Below, in pieces: positions 35,633 through 44,706 of a stretch of 64,000 nt of DNA. Source of the DNA: Burkholderiales bacterium (GTDB lineage Bacteria; Pseudomonadota; Gammaproteobacteria; Burkholderiales; Burkholderiaceae_C); assembly GCA_003241965.1 (NCBI GenBank), contig QBMB01000001.1, forward strand, positions 231,068 through 295,067. Reading direction: 5' to 3'. The notes beneath the pieces were generated by a model, which was not told the origin of the DNA, ran no database searches, and saw only the letters and a list, made by a program, of their open reading frames with translations. Position numbers and translations under genes: made by a program. The stretch's first letter is position 1, and each line of letters opens with the position of its first letter.

Positions 35633-36625
35633 ATGCAAACAGGAATCTCCGCAGGCCCCGAATCTCGCGTTGTACGCGGTGGCTACAGCCAAAGCGTTCT
35701 CAACCAGATCAAGGACACGCTCCATGTTCTCCGTCCCTACTTCGATGACGAAGAGGTCAACGAGATCATGGTCAATGGTCCCGACGATGTCTTCATTTCG
35801 AAGCGCGGCCAAGAAAAGCGTGTCCCCATCTCGCTGAGCGCCGGGACCATCCGCACCGCCATCACTCTCATCGCCTCCACGGTTGCAAAAGAGGTGGGCG
35901 AGAAGTCCAACAACCGCATCCTGTCGGCTCCACTTCCGGGCTTTCGAATCGAGGCCATCCTTCCTCCAGTCGCCGTCAAGGGCCCCTCCATGTGTATCCG
36001 CCGCCATGCCGCGCGGGTTTTCACGATCGAGGAGTACATCGCCTCTGGGACGATCTCTGAGCGCTACGCCCAGCTGCTCGCGGACGCCATCGCAGCCCGC
36101 CAGACGTTCCTGGTGGTGGGTGGCACGGCCTCCGGCAAGACAACGCTGCTCAACACGGCGCTGTCCATGATGCCCAAGGACGAGCGCTTGTTCGTGATCG
36201 AGAACGTCCACGAGCTGCAGATCGCATCCGACAACCATGTTCTCATCGAATGCGACGAGGACCAAGGTGTCACGCCGCGCAAGGCCGTCAAAACCGCAAT
36301 GCGCTACGCACCCAAGCGGGTAGTGCTCGGCGAACTTCGTGGTCCCGAGGCCTATGACTGGCTGGATGCAGCCAACACGGGTCACCCCGGCTCGGCCGCA
36401 ACCATCCATGCCAACAGCGCCCCCAAGGCCCTCCCGCGCCTTGAGAACTTGCTTCTGATGGCAAACATGGGCGTCCCTTACGACCCTCTGCGCGCCGCCA
36501 TCGGAGAGACCGTCGACTGGATGTTCTTCATCTACCGCGACGGCTCAAAACGCACTGTCTCGCAGGTCAGCCGCCTTCACGGCTTCGACCGTGTCAAGGG
36601 CGACTACGACATCGAGAACTTCTGA
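35633..36625 (+). CDS. virB11: VirB11/TrbB secretion ATPase
   Basis: VNEIMVNGPD, GGTASGKTT, IENVHEL, GELRG, NTGHPG, TIHA. Confidence 0.92.
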   Translation: MQTGISAGPESRVVRGGYSQSVLNQIKDTLHVLRPYFDDEEVNEIMVNGPDDVFISKRGQEKRVPISLSAGTIRTAITLIASTVAKEVGEKSNNRILSAPLPGFRIEAILPPVAVKGPSMCIRRHAARVFTIEEYIASGTISERYAQLLADAIAARQTFLVVGGTASGKTTLLNTALSMMPKDERLFVIENVHELQIASDNHVLIECDEDQGVTPRKAVKTAMRYAPKRVVLGELRGPEAYDWLDAANTGHPGSAATIHANSAPKALPRLENLLLMANMGVPYDPLRAAIGETVDWMFFIYRDGSKRTVSQVSRLHGFDRVKGDYDIENF

Positions 36626-36674
36626 ATCCCAAACCCCCGCCCTCAACCTTTTTTTCAACCAGGAGAGTCAAACC

Positions 36675-37058
36675 ATGAACTTTGCAAAGTCCCCTTTCGC
36701 CGCTGCTTCGCAGTTTGCCGCCACCCCGGCCAATCCCGCCCACCTGCCCATTCTGGTCGCCGTGGTCATGCTCATGCTCGCGCTGTTTACGCCCACCGCC
36801 GCATTTGCCCAGATCTCGGTCCCCTTCATTCAAGACTTCGGCTGCAGCGTTGTTCAGTGGCTCAAGGGTCCACTGGCCATCGTGGTCTTCGTCATCGTCG
36901 TGGTGGTCACCCTGGTGTTCGGAATGATCACCAAGATGGACTGGGGAAAGATCATCACCGTCTGCATCTTGTTCGGCGTGCTGCTCGGTATGGGCTCGAT
37001 CCTGTCCAACAGCGGCTACATCAACAACATCGCCGGCATGGGCGCCTGTCTGCAGTAA
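36675..37058 (+). CDS. virB2: VirB2/TrbC pilin
   Basis: Long signal (AAFA|Q) then WLKGPLA and two hydrophobic helices; AGGAG RBS. Confidence 0.85.
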   Translation: MNFAKSPFAAASQFAATPANPAHLPILVAVVMLMLALFTPTAAFAQISVPFIQDFGCSVVQWLKGPLAIVVFVIVVVVTLVFGMITKMDWGKIITVCILFGVLLGMGSILSNSGYINNIAGMGACLQ

Positions 37059-37061
37059 GCC

Positions 37062-37367
37062 GTGGCATCACGTACCAGCCCGTTCCACATTTCTCTCCAC
37101 CGGCCCAAGTTGATCATGGGCGTGGAGAAGGGGAGTTTCGCGTTCATCACCTTCATCGGGGTGTTCGCGCTGGTGGCAAAGGCCTATTGGTCGTTCCCCA
37201 TCCTTGTTCTCGCCTACCTCATCGCGCGGTGGGTGACCAAGAAGGACGACCAGTACGTGGGCATCTTGTTGAAGTACCTCAACGAAGACCACGTGTACGA
37301 CGCAACGCCCAGGCCAGAGGACTTCAACCGGCGCCCGCGCGGTTGGGGCAAGGGCTTGCCACGTTGA
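37062..37367 (+). CDS. virB3: VirB3/TrbD
   Basis: HRPKLIMGVE, two TMs, KKDDQ; between pilin and virB4. Confidence 0.85.
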   Translation: MASRTSPFHISLHRPKLIMGVEKGSFAFITFIGVFALVAKAYWSFPILVLAYLIARWVTKKDDQYVGILLKYLNEDHVYDATPRPEDFNRRPRGWGKGLPR

Positions 37368-37428
37368 TCCGAACAGAGGCGCGGCATGTCCGCGCTTCCC
37401 GTTTTTCACCCAACACCTGATCGATCCC

Positions 37429-39969
37429 ATGCTGTCATTCGAAGACCTTTTCACCAAACCGCGCAAGGCAGCCAAGAGCTTTGCTGAATTGCTCCCATGG
37501 TTTGGTCAAGTCACCCCGGGGCTCGTGCTGTGCCAGGACGGGTCGTTGCTCGCTGGCTTCACGTTCGCTGGCGAAGACGTCGAGGGGAAGGAAGATTTTG
37601 AGGTCGATCAGCGCATCAACCAGCTGCAGACAGCCCTGCGGTCCCTCAACGACCGCGTGACGCTCTGGAGTGTCCAAGAGCGCCGCTTCACCGACGGCTA
37701 TCCCTACGGTGAGTTCAGCAATCCAATCTCGCAGCTGATCGACCAGCAGTGGGGTGCTGCCTGCAAGGTGCGTCGAAACGCCATCATCACCCAGCGCCTG
37801 TTTCTGTCCTACAACTTCCCGAACAAGTCCGAGCGGTTCTTCGAAGCTCTCACGGCCGAGATTCAGGAGCACGAAGGGAACATCTTCAAGGCTGCCAGCG
37901 GTCTTATTCGTCGGCGTCTGTCCGAGAAGGGCGCCATCGCCCAGGTGCGCGGCCAGCTGGCTGAGATGGCATCAGAGTTCGAGAAGGTCATCGCCTCGTT
38001 CGCCGGCGTGGTGGAGACAAACCTCGGCTTCCGCAGGCTGGAAGGCGACGAGTTCTTGGGCGAGCTGTATGCCCGCGCGAACCTCGCTTCGCCGCGTGGC
38101 CCGGTGGCCGTGCCCGAAGGCATGCCCTACCTCAACACCACGCTGGCCACAGACAGCATCGAGCGCCAGCACGACCTCCTGAAGTTCAAGGGGGTCACCA
38201 AGACCAGCTACGTCGCAGCCTTGTCCACGACGGGCACCCCGCGCGAAGCCTACAGCCTGCACATGGACAAGCTGATGGGTGCTGATTGCGAGTACGTCCT
38301 GGTGCAATGTTTCCGCTTCCTCGACCGCATGGTTGCGGAGCAGGCCATCCAGAAGGCCGAGATGTTCTACCGTTCCGAGGTGAAGTCGGTCGTCACACGT
38401 GTCTTCGAGCGTCTGTTCGACACCGAGAGCGAGAAGGTCAACACGGGTAACCTGCACTTGGCGCAGGACGCACAGGATGCTCTGGTTGAGCTCACGACCG
38501 AAGACCTCACCTATGGCTACTACAACATGACCATTCTGGCGTTGGGCGAAACCCCACGCCAAGCTGAAGCAGCTGCGGACGTTCTCGCCGGCAATCTGCG
38601 TAGCAACGGGTTCACCATCGTCCGCGAGCGCCACGGTCTGATGGCTGCCCTCCTGACCACCTTCCCCGGAAGCGGCAACGCCACACTGCGCTGGAAGCTT
38701 GCATCGACGGCCAACATCGCCGACCTGGCGCCCATTCGCACCATCACACGCGGGGAAGACACCCACCCGTTGTTCTCGCGCGTGCTTGGGCACCCAGTGC
38801 CGCCGCTGTGCCGCTTCCTCACCCCCTATGGCGTGACGTACGACTTCAACACCCACGAAGGAGACCTTGGCCACACCGCCATCATCGGCGGCTCGGGATC
38901 GGGCAAGACTTCGCTGATGACCTTGTTCGTCGCGCAGTTCCAGAAGTACAACCCCGGCCAGACCTTCATCTTCGACAAGGACTACAGCCTGATGATGGGC
39001 TCGGTTCTCATGGGTGGCAAACACATCGACTCCGGCCCGAAGGGCAAGGACCGTGGCATGAACCCGGTCAAGGTCATGATGCAGAACAACGACGACATGC
39101 GGCTGCGCCAGTGGGTCGAAGTGCTCATCACTGCGGGAGGCAGCGAGGTCAGCCCGAACGAAAGCTCGACCATCTTCACGGCTATCCAAGGGCTGCGTCG
39201 CTCGCCCGAAGCGGCGTGGAGGCTGTCCGGCATCTACGCCCTGATCTCTGGTGAGAACCGAGACCTCGCCTCCAAGCTGGCCCCATATGTCGACCGCTCC
39301 GATGCCGACGACGACTACGGGTCTGGCCCCTATGCCTCGTACTTCGACAACGACGAAGACAACTTCAAGCTGACGCGAATGGTCTGCATGGAATGCGGCG
39401 GCATCCTGGAAACGCCACAGCTGGCCAGCCCATTCATGGACTATGCGTTCTATTGCATCGAACGCGCGCTCAACGGCACCACCCCCACGATGATCTATGT
39501 CGAGGAGGCTTGGTACATGCTGTCCAACCCCACGTTCGCACAGAAGATGGAAGACTGGCTGCGCACCTTCCGTAAGAAGCGCGCCTTCGTGATGTTCGCA
39601 ACCCAAGCGCTGGACGAGATCGCGCGCCTGCCCAACATCGGCAGCTTCGTCACCAACATCCCCTGCCAGATCTTCTTGCCCGCGGTGAAGTCCTCGGTTC
39701 ACGAGCAGGCAGCCTTGTTCCGCTCTGTCTTCGGCACCACAGACGCGCAGATGCAGCTTCTCGCAACTGCAATCCCCAAACGCGACTACCTGCTGGTTCG
39801 CCCGAAAGTCACGCGCCTGGTCAACACGCAGATGCCTGAGGCACTGCTGGCCATCAACGAGGGAACGACGCAGGAAGCGAAGCGCGACGCCCTGATGCAG
39901 TACGCCACGTCGGGTGAGCCCAACTGGGAAATGAAATTCATGAAGGAGGTTCTCAATGTCAAGTGCTAA
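37429..39969 (+). CDS. virB4: VirB4/TrbE ATPase
   Basis: QDGSLL, GHTAIIGGSGSGKTS, FDKDYS, EEAW, LRTFRKK, FATQ. Confidence 0.95.
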   Translation: MLSFEDLFTKPRKAAKSFAELLPWFGQVTPGLVLCQDGSLLAGFTFAGEDVEGKEDFEVDQRINQLQTALRSLNDRVTLWSVQERRFTDGYPYGEFSNPISQLIDQQWGAACKVRRNAIITQRLFLSYNFPNKSERFFEALTAEIQEHEGNIFKAASGLIRRRLSEKGAIAQVRGQLAEMASEFEKVIASFAGVVETNLGFRRLEGDEFLGELYARANLASPRGPVAVPEGMPYLNTTLATDSIERQHDLLKFKGVTKTSYVAALSTTGTPREAYSLHMDKLMGADCEYVLVQCFRFLDRMVAEQAIQKAEMFYRSEVKSVVTRVFERLFDTESEKVNTGNLHLAQDAQDALVELTTEDLTYGYYNMTILALGETPRQAEAAADVLAGNLRSNGFTIVRERHGLMAALLTTFPGSGNATLRWKLASTANIADLAPIRTITRGEDTHPLFSRVLGHPVPPLCRFLTPYGVTYDFNTHEGDLGHTAIIGGSGSGKTSLMTLFVAQFQKYNPGQTFIFDKDYSLMMGSVLMGGKHIDSGPKGKDRGMNPVKVMMQNNDDMRLRQWVEVLITAGGSEVSPNESSTIFTAIQGLRRSPEAAWRLSGIYALISGENRDLASKLAPYVDRSDADDDYGSGPYASYFDNDEDNFKLTRMVCMECGGILETPQLASPFMDYAFYCIERALNGTTPTMIYVEEAWYMLSNPTFAQKMEDWLRTFRKKRAFVMFATQALDEIARLPNIGSFVTNIPCQIFLPAVKSSVHEQAALFRSVFGTTDAQMQLLATAIPKRDYLLVRPKVTRLVNTQMPEALLAINEGTTQEAKRDALMQYATSGEPNWEMKFMKEVLNVKC

Positions 39970-40723
39970 GCGCTCTCTCATCGCCGTCTACGCTTCGATA
40001 CTCGTCACCATCGTTCCTGCCGCCCATGCTGGCGCGGTGGCTGGAGGCGCGTCGGAATGGACGCAGATCATGAACAACGTTCAGCTGGTCAGCTCCGGGA
40101 TGGATGCGGCTCAAACGGCCAAAACGACCATCGACAAGTACATCCTCCAGTACAAGCAATACGAGAACGAGCTTTCCAACCTCCAGAAGTTTTCGCAGCT
40201 GCCACAGAACATTCAGCATGGGGTCCGTTCACTGGAAGACCTCAGAGCCTACAAGTCTCGTTTGGACCGTCTGCACGGCTCGTTGGCTGAGCAGCAAAGG
40301 GTCTTCGAGAAGCGATTCACCGAGGCCCGACTCACCGGTGGGACGTGGGAGGACTACGTCGAGATGGTCAACAAGGACGCGAGCAACAAGAACCAGCGCG
40401 CAATCAGCCGCCTCGAGTACGAGCAGAGCGTCATGAACCAGGTGGAGTCGGACTACGCCGCAGCGCGTGCTCTGGAGCCGAAGATCCAGGAGTCGGTGGG
40501 CGCGCAGCAGTCACTCCAGCTGATGAACACGCAAATGAACCGGTTGGTGCTTCAGAACGCAAAGCTCACCGAGGTCATGGTGGCTTCCATGGGCGAGCAA
40601 ACCATGGAAAACGCCCGCGCAGCCGAGAAGGACAACGCCGACCTGCGGGCCAAGGAAACGATTCGTGCCCGCCAAAAGGCGATCAACGAAAACCTCGAAC
40701 GAAACTCAAAGTCACTTCGCTGA
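39956..40723 (+). CDS. VirB5/TrbJ-like protein
   Basis: AGGASEWTQIMNN and GAQQSLQLMN, typical of TrbJ. Confidence 0.85.
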   Translation: MSSAKRSLIAVYASILVTIVPAAHAGAVAGGASEWTQIMNNVQLVSSGMDAAQTAKTTIDKYILQYKQYENELSNLQKFSQLPQNIQHGVRSLEDLRAYKSRLDRLHGSLAEQQRVFEKRFTEARLTGGTWEDYVEMVNKDASNKNQRAISRLEYEQSVMNQVESDYAAARALEPKIQESVGAQQSLQLMNTQMNRLVLQNAKLTEVMVASMGEQTMENARAAEKDNADLRAKETIRARQKAINENLERNSKSLR

Positions 40724-40753
40724 TCACCTGACCGCAACGACATTGGAAATGCT

Positions 40754-42076
40754 ATGACCGCCTCAGGTAATCAAATCTTCGCGTTCTGGACGGGCTACGT
40801 TGTGGAGCAAGCCATCAACTGGTTGCTCGGGGCGAAGCAAAAGCTCGCCCGACCCAGAAACGTGCTGATGCTCCTACTGGTGGCGTCGGCTTTCGCATCC
40901 TCTTTTGTCGACGCCCAACCGGCAGCGGCACCTGGACTTGATGCGGGGAGCATCGTACCCAGGATCTCGGAAGCGGTGGACACTGCCTTGAATCGTCTGG
41001 GTGAGGGAACACTGAATGGCATGGGGGCGACGATCTCCGCGTTCTTCCTGGTTGCATTGATGGTCTGGACTTCGCTCAAGACCATGGCAGGGGGCAAGGG
41101 CCTTGGTGACCTGATTGGCGAGTGGGTGCCGATTTGGGTGTCGTTTGCCTTCGTCTACGCATTCTTGAACCAAGCCGGCGCAGCAGCGATCACGGGGACG
41201 ATGGATGCCATTGCTACCGCAATCGGGGGAGCGAACATGAGCACCTTGAGTTCAGCTATCGACGTGGTAGCTCGGCCTGTACTCGGCGCAATTATTGAAG
41301 TGGCCAAGATGCCACTGGTGTCCGATGCGGACATGTTCAGCCCGAGCACGTGGGTTCCTGCTCTGGCTGCCAACCTCGGAACTCTGATCACCAAGCTGAT
41401 CACGGTGGTTTTCCTCTTGATCTCGGCCGTCGCTGGGATGGCTACGGTGATCATGTCGTTCATCTCACTGAAACTCGTTTTGTTCTTGGCCCCGGTAATG
41501 GTCCCGTTCGTGATGTTCAAGCCGATGACCTGGCTGTTCGATTCATGGCTCAAGTTTCTCCTCGGTGCTTGCATGATGAAGATCGTTTTGGCGTTCATGC
41601 TCTTGGCTGCACAGGCAATCCTTGGAGCTATGGCGCTGGTCCAGGCGGAGATGGCGGAGGCAGCTAGGAACGTTGAGCCTTCCGCGGCAATGATTGCTGA
41701 TCTGTTTGTACACGCCATGATGATGATTTTTGCCTTGCTGAGCACGCTGCTTCTTATGCAGGTTCCGTCGATCGCCACAGGATTGCTCTCCGGAAGTGCG
41801 GGTGGCGGTGGGTTCTCTGGAATCAAGGGGCTAACGCGGTCGCCCTCAGCCGTCACATCACACGAAGCGGGCGGGAAAGCAGCTTCTGGTGCATCTAAGG
41901 CTGTGGCGGGAACGGTGAAGGGAGGTGAGGGGGCGTGGTCTGGGTACTCGGCTGGTCGTGGCCTTCAGCAGAGCGATCCCGGGGATCGCAAAGGCATTCA
42001 AGGTAAAGCCTACCAAGCGATGTACAACCGCGCGCGCGCAGGAACCCATGGACCTATGGTTCCCAAGGGGCGGTAA
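40754..42076 (+). CDS. VirB6/TrbL-like polytopic membrane protein
   Basis: Many TMs, LAPVMVPFVMFKPMTWLFDSWL, QVPSIATGLLSG, Gly-rich tail. Confidence 0.88.
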   Translation: MTASGNQIFAFWTGYVVEQAINWLLGAKQKLARPRNVLMLLLVASAFASSFVDAQPAAAPGLDAGSIVPRISEAVDTALNRLGEGTLNGMGATISAFFLVALMVWTSLKTMAGGKGLGDLIGEWVPIWVSFAFVYAFLNQAGAAAITGTMDAIATAIGGANMSTLSSAIDVVARPVLGAIIEVAKMPLVSDADMFSPSTWVPALAANLGTLITKLITVVFLLISAVAGMATVIMSFISLKLVLFLAPVMVPFVMFKPMTWLFDSWLKFLLGACMMKIVLAFMLLAAQAILGAMALVQAEMAEAARNVEPSAAMIADLFVHAMMMIFALLSTLLLMQVPSIATGLLSGSAGGGGFSGIKGLTRSPSAVTSHEAGGKAASGASKAVAGTVKGGEGAWSGYSAGRGLQQSDPGDRKGIQGKAYQAMYNRARAGTHGPMVPKGR

Positions 42077-42144
42077 AAAAAGATGCGGCTTGCCTCTTGA
42101 TAACCTCTCGACCGCTGATAGTCTGATAGTCAGAGAGGTTTCAA

Positions 42145-44103
42145 ATGCACATGAGTAGATTTATCACTGTCCCACTAGCCGTACTTTGGTTTGCTATCGC
42201 TGGCAAGGCCTTGCTTGCCTGGCTCTTCGGCGTTTCGATGGAGTTCCCCATCATTGGCGATCCTCCCATGGAGACCGCATTTGGAGCCGCTGCAGCTGCG
42301 ATAACGATCGGGGTTTCGATGTTGCACATCGTCACGGTATGGCTCCTGCGTCGCAACTGGCTTGGGGAGACACTATTTGTATCTTCCTACATCGGCATCA
42401 TTGGCGCCGGACTTGGCTACGGGTTCTGGTGGATGAGTGAGTCGACTGGAGTCATCGGGCATGCCTTCTTCATCGGCATGCTCTTGGTTTGTGGCCTGGT
42501 CATGGCTGGTTTCAAGTCTGGTCTGCTTTTTGCGACCGAGAGAACACGCATGCGCTCAATGGGTGCAAACCAGACTGGATCTGACGTTCAAGCTGACGTC
42601 GCGAGGGCAACCCATCCCAAAACCTCCTTCAAGGACATCTTCGGAAACTCTGATATCAAGGTTCGCCTGAAGGATGCTGCGGAGGCCATCGTCGCTCCCC
42701 GCACGGAAGGGAAGCAGATTCGCAACGGTATTCTTCTCAGTGGTGAGCCAGGAAACGGCAAGACCGTTTTTGCTGAGGCGTTGGCGGGCGAGTTGAAGCT
42801 CCCGTTCCTTCAGCTTTCGTACTCGGACGTGGCCAGCCAGTGGGTTGGCGAGAAGACCTCGCGCATCAACGCGGCGTTCGCACAGGCGCGCCGTCAACAG
42901 CCTTGTGTGCTGTTCATTGATGAGGTGGACAGCTTCTTGGAGTCACGTGACAGCGGCCGCAATGATGGAACGAAGGAAGACCGTGATGTGGTAAATGCGT
43001 TGCTCACGTTGATGGTGGACATCCGCAAGGAAAAGGTCATCCTGATTGCTGCAACCAACCACATCGATCGTTTGGACGGCGCTGGCATCCGTGAAGGTCG
43101 CTTTGACTTCAAGGTGGAGATCACGCCACCCGACCGCGAAGCACGGGTCGGGCTGCTGACACACGGCCTCAAGACTCAACTACCCACGTTCAACGTTGAT
43201 GCCGCCGTTGTAGAGGCTGTGGCGCGGCGCTGGAATGGCTTCTCGGTCAAGCGCATTCTGGCTGTAACAGAAGAACTTCCTTCCTATCTCGCCCGCGAAA
43301 CCAAGACCACGATCGCGTACGAGGACTTCATGGGCGCGCTGCGGATGCTGCAAGGTCGCAAGGGCTCAACGCCCGAGAACGTCAAGCCGATCGCTGAACT
43401 GGTGCTGTCACCCGCCACTCGCGAAATGTTGGACCTGATCGTCGGACGGATGGCTGATCCCGAGCACACAGAGAGCCACGGTGGCACGTTGCCCACAGGC
43501 GTCCTGTTCTTTGGCCCACCAGGCACTGGTAAGACCGCGACCGCCAAGGCGCTCGCCAAGGAGATCGACTGGGCATTCCTGCCTGCCACTGGCGCGGATC
43601 TGGCCCGCGACCCCAAAGCGCTGGAGAAGCTGTACGCAAAGGCGAAGGAACTCCGGCCCTGCGTCATCTTTGTGGATGAGGCCGACGAGTTGCTCAAGAG
43701 CCGCGACTATTCTCCCAACACCGAGTCGACGAACAAGCTCCTGACGCTCATGGATGGTGTCAACGACCGTGTCAAAGATGTGGTGTGGGTAGCCGCGACC
43801 AACAACCCGGAGCAGATCGACGCTGCACTCTTGCGTGGCGGGCGCTTCACCGAAAAGGTGCTGTTCGAAAGGCCATCGGCAGAAGGGTTGGCCGCTTATC
43901 TTGAGGGTTGGTTCACGTCGCGGAAAGTGGCGCTCGAATCAGGCCTCACCTCAGCATCGGTTGCAGAAATGGTGGGTAGCGAGAGCATTGCCAACGCTGA
44001 GGCGTTGGTGCAGGCCGCTCTCAACCGGGCAATCTCACGACGCTCGGCACCAGTGGTGGTGACGCGGGCCGATGTGGAGCAGGCCATGAGGATGGTTCTC
44101 TGA
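42145..44103 (+). CDS. Membrane-anchored double-ring AAA+ ATPase (Cdc48/SpoVK-like)
   Basis: About 4 N-terminal TMs; D1 GEPGNGKT/FIDEVD/REGRFD; D2 GPPGTGKT/FVDEAD/RGGRF. Confidence 0.9.
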   Translation: MHMSRFITVPLAVLWFAIAGKALLAWLFGVSMEFPIIGDPPMETAFGAAAAAITIGVSMLHIVTVWLLRRNWLGETLFVSSYIGIIGAGLGYGFWWMSESTGVIGHAFFIGMLLVCGLVMAGFKSGLLFATERTRMRSMGANQTGSDVQADVARATHPKTSFKDIFGNSDIKVRLKDAAEAIVAPRTEGKQIRNGILLSGEPGNGKTVFAEALAGELKLPFLQLSYSDVASQWVGEKTSRINAAFAQARRQQPCVLFIDEVDSFLESRDSGRNDGTKEDRDVVNALLTLMVDIRKEKVILIAATNHIDRLDGAGIREGRFDFKVEITPPDREARVGLLTHGLKTQLPTFNVDAAVVEAVARRWNGFSVKRILAVTEELPSYLARETKTTIAYEDFMGALRMLQGRKGSTPENVKPIAELVLSPATREMLDLIVGRMADPEHTESHGGTLPTGVLFFGPPGTGKTATAKALAKEIDWAFLPATGADLARDPKALEKLYAKAKELRPCVIFVDEADELLKSRDYSPNTESTNKLLTLMDGVNDRVKDVVWVAATNNPEQIDAALLRGGRFTEKVLFERPSAEGLAAYLEGWFTSRKVALESGLTSASVAEMVGSESIANAEALVQAALNRAISRRSAPVVVTRADVEQAMRMVL

Positions 44104-44702
44104 TGCTGCTTCGGGCGTGCGCTTTTGTAGTCGGCTTCCTTTGCGCATCGGCGCCGGTTTTTGGCCAGCAGGCCTCCACCTCGGCTGGGTCGTTGGGGTC
44201 GATGCCGCTGACGAACGCCACACGGTGTGTGGTCAAGGCTGCAGAGCGGCATTCGGTGAACCCGTGGGTGCTGAAGGCGATCCTCAAGGTGGAAAGCAAC
44301 TTCAAGCCAGGTGCCGTTACCCGCAACACCAACGGTTCGGTTGATCTCGGCATGGCTCAGATCAACTCCATCCATCTCAATGAACTCGCCAAGTACGGTG
44401 TCGGCGAGCAGGACTTGTTGGAGCCTTGCGTCTCGACTTATGTTGCAGCGTGGCACCTCGCCAAGCAACATCGCCGCCATGGCAACACTTGGTTCGCTGT
44501 GGGCGCTTACCACTCAGCTACGCCTTGTTTCAACACCCGGTATGTGGGATTGATCTGGAACACGCTTATCGACTGGAAGGTCGTGGAGGCACAGCGTGCC
44601 GTGGTGCAACCCTTGTCGGCGTGTCGTGCGCGTGGGAGGGCTTCACCGTCTGAGCGGCATGCAGAGGCCACACCAAATGGCCTCCTCGCGTTTGACCACT
44701 GA
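44103..44702 (+). CDS. Lytic transglycosylase (VirB1/IagB-like SLT)
   Basis: AILKVESNF (catalytic Glu), DLGMAQINS, AVGAYHS; signal peptide. Confidence 0.93.
   Translation: MLLRACAFVVGFLCASAPVFGQQASTSAGSLGSMPLTNATRCVVKAAERHSVNPWVLKAILKVESNFKPGAVTRNTNGSVDLGMAQINSIHLNELAKYGVGEQDLLEPCVSTYVAAWHLAKQHRRHGNTWFAVGAYHSATPCFNTRYVGLIWNTLIDWKVVEAQRAVVQPLSACRARGRASPSERHAEATPNGLLAFDH
44511..44702 (+). repeat. Copy 1 of the 192-bp SLT 3' end (in-frame, functional terminus)
   Basis: Encodes HSATPCF...LLAFDH*; immediately preceded by TTAC (44507-44510). Confidence 0.92.
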
Positions 44703-44706
44703 CCAC

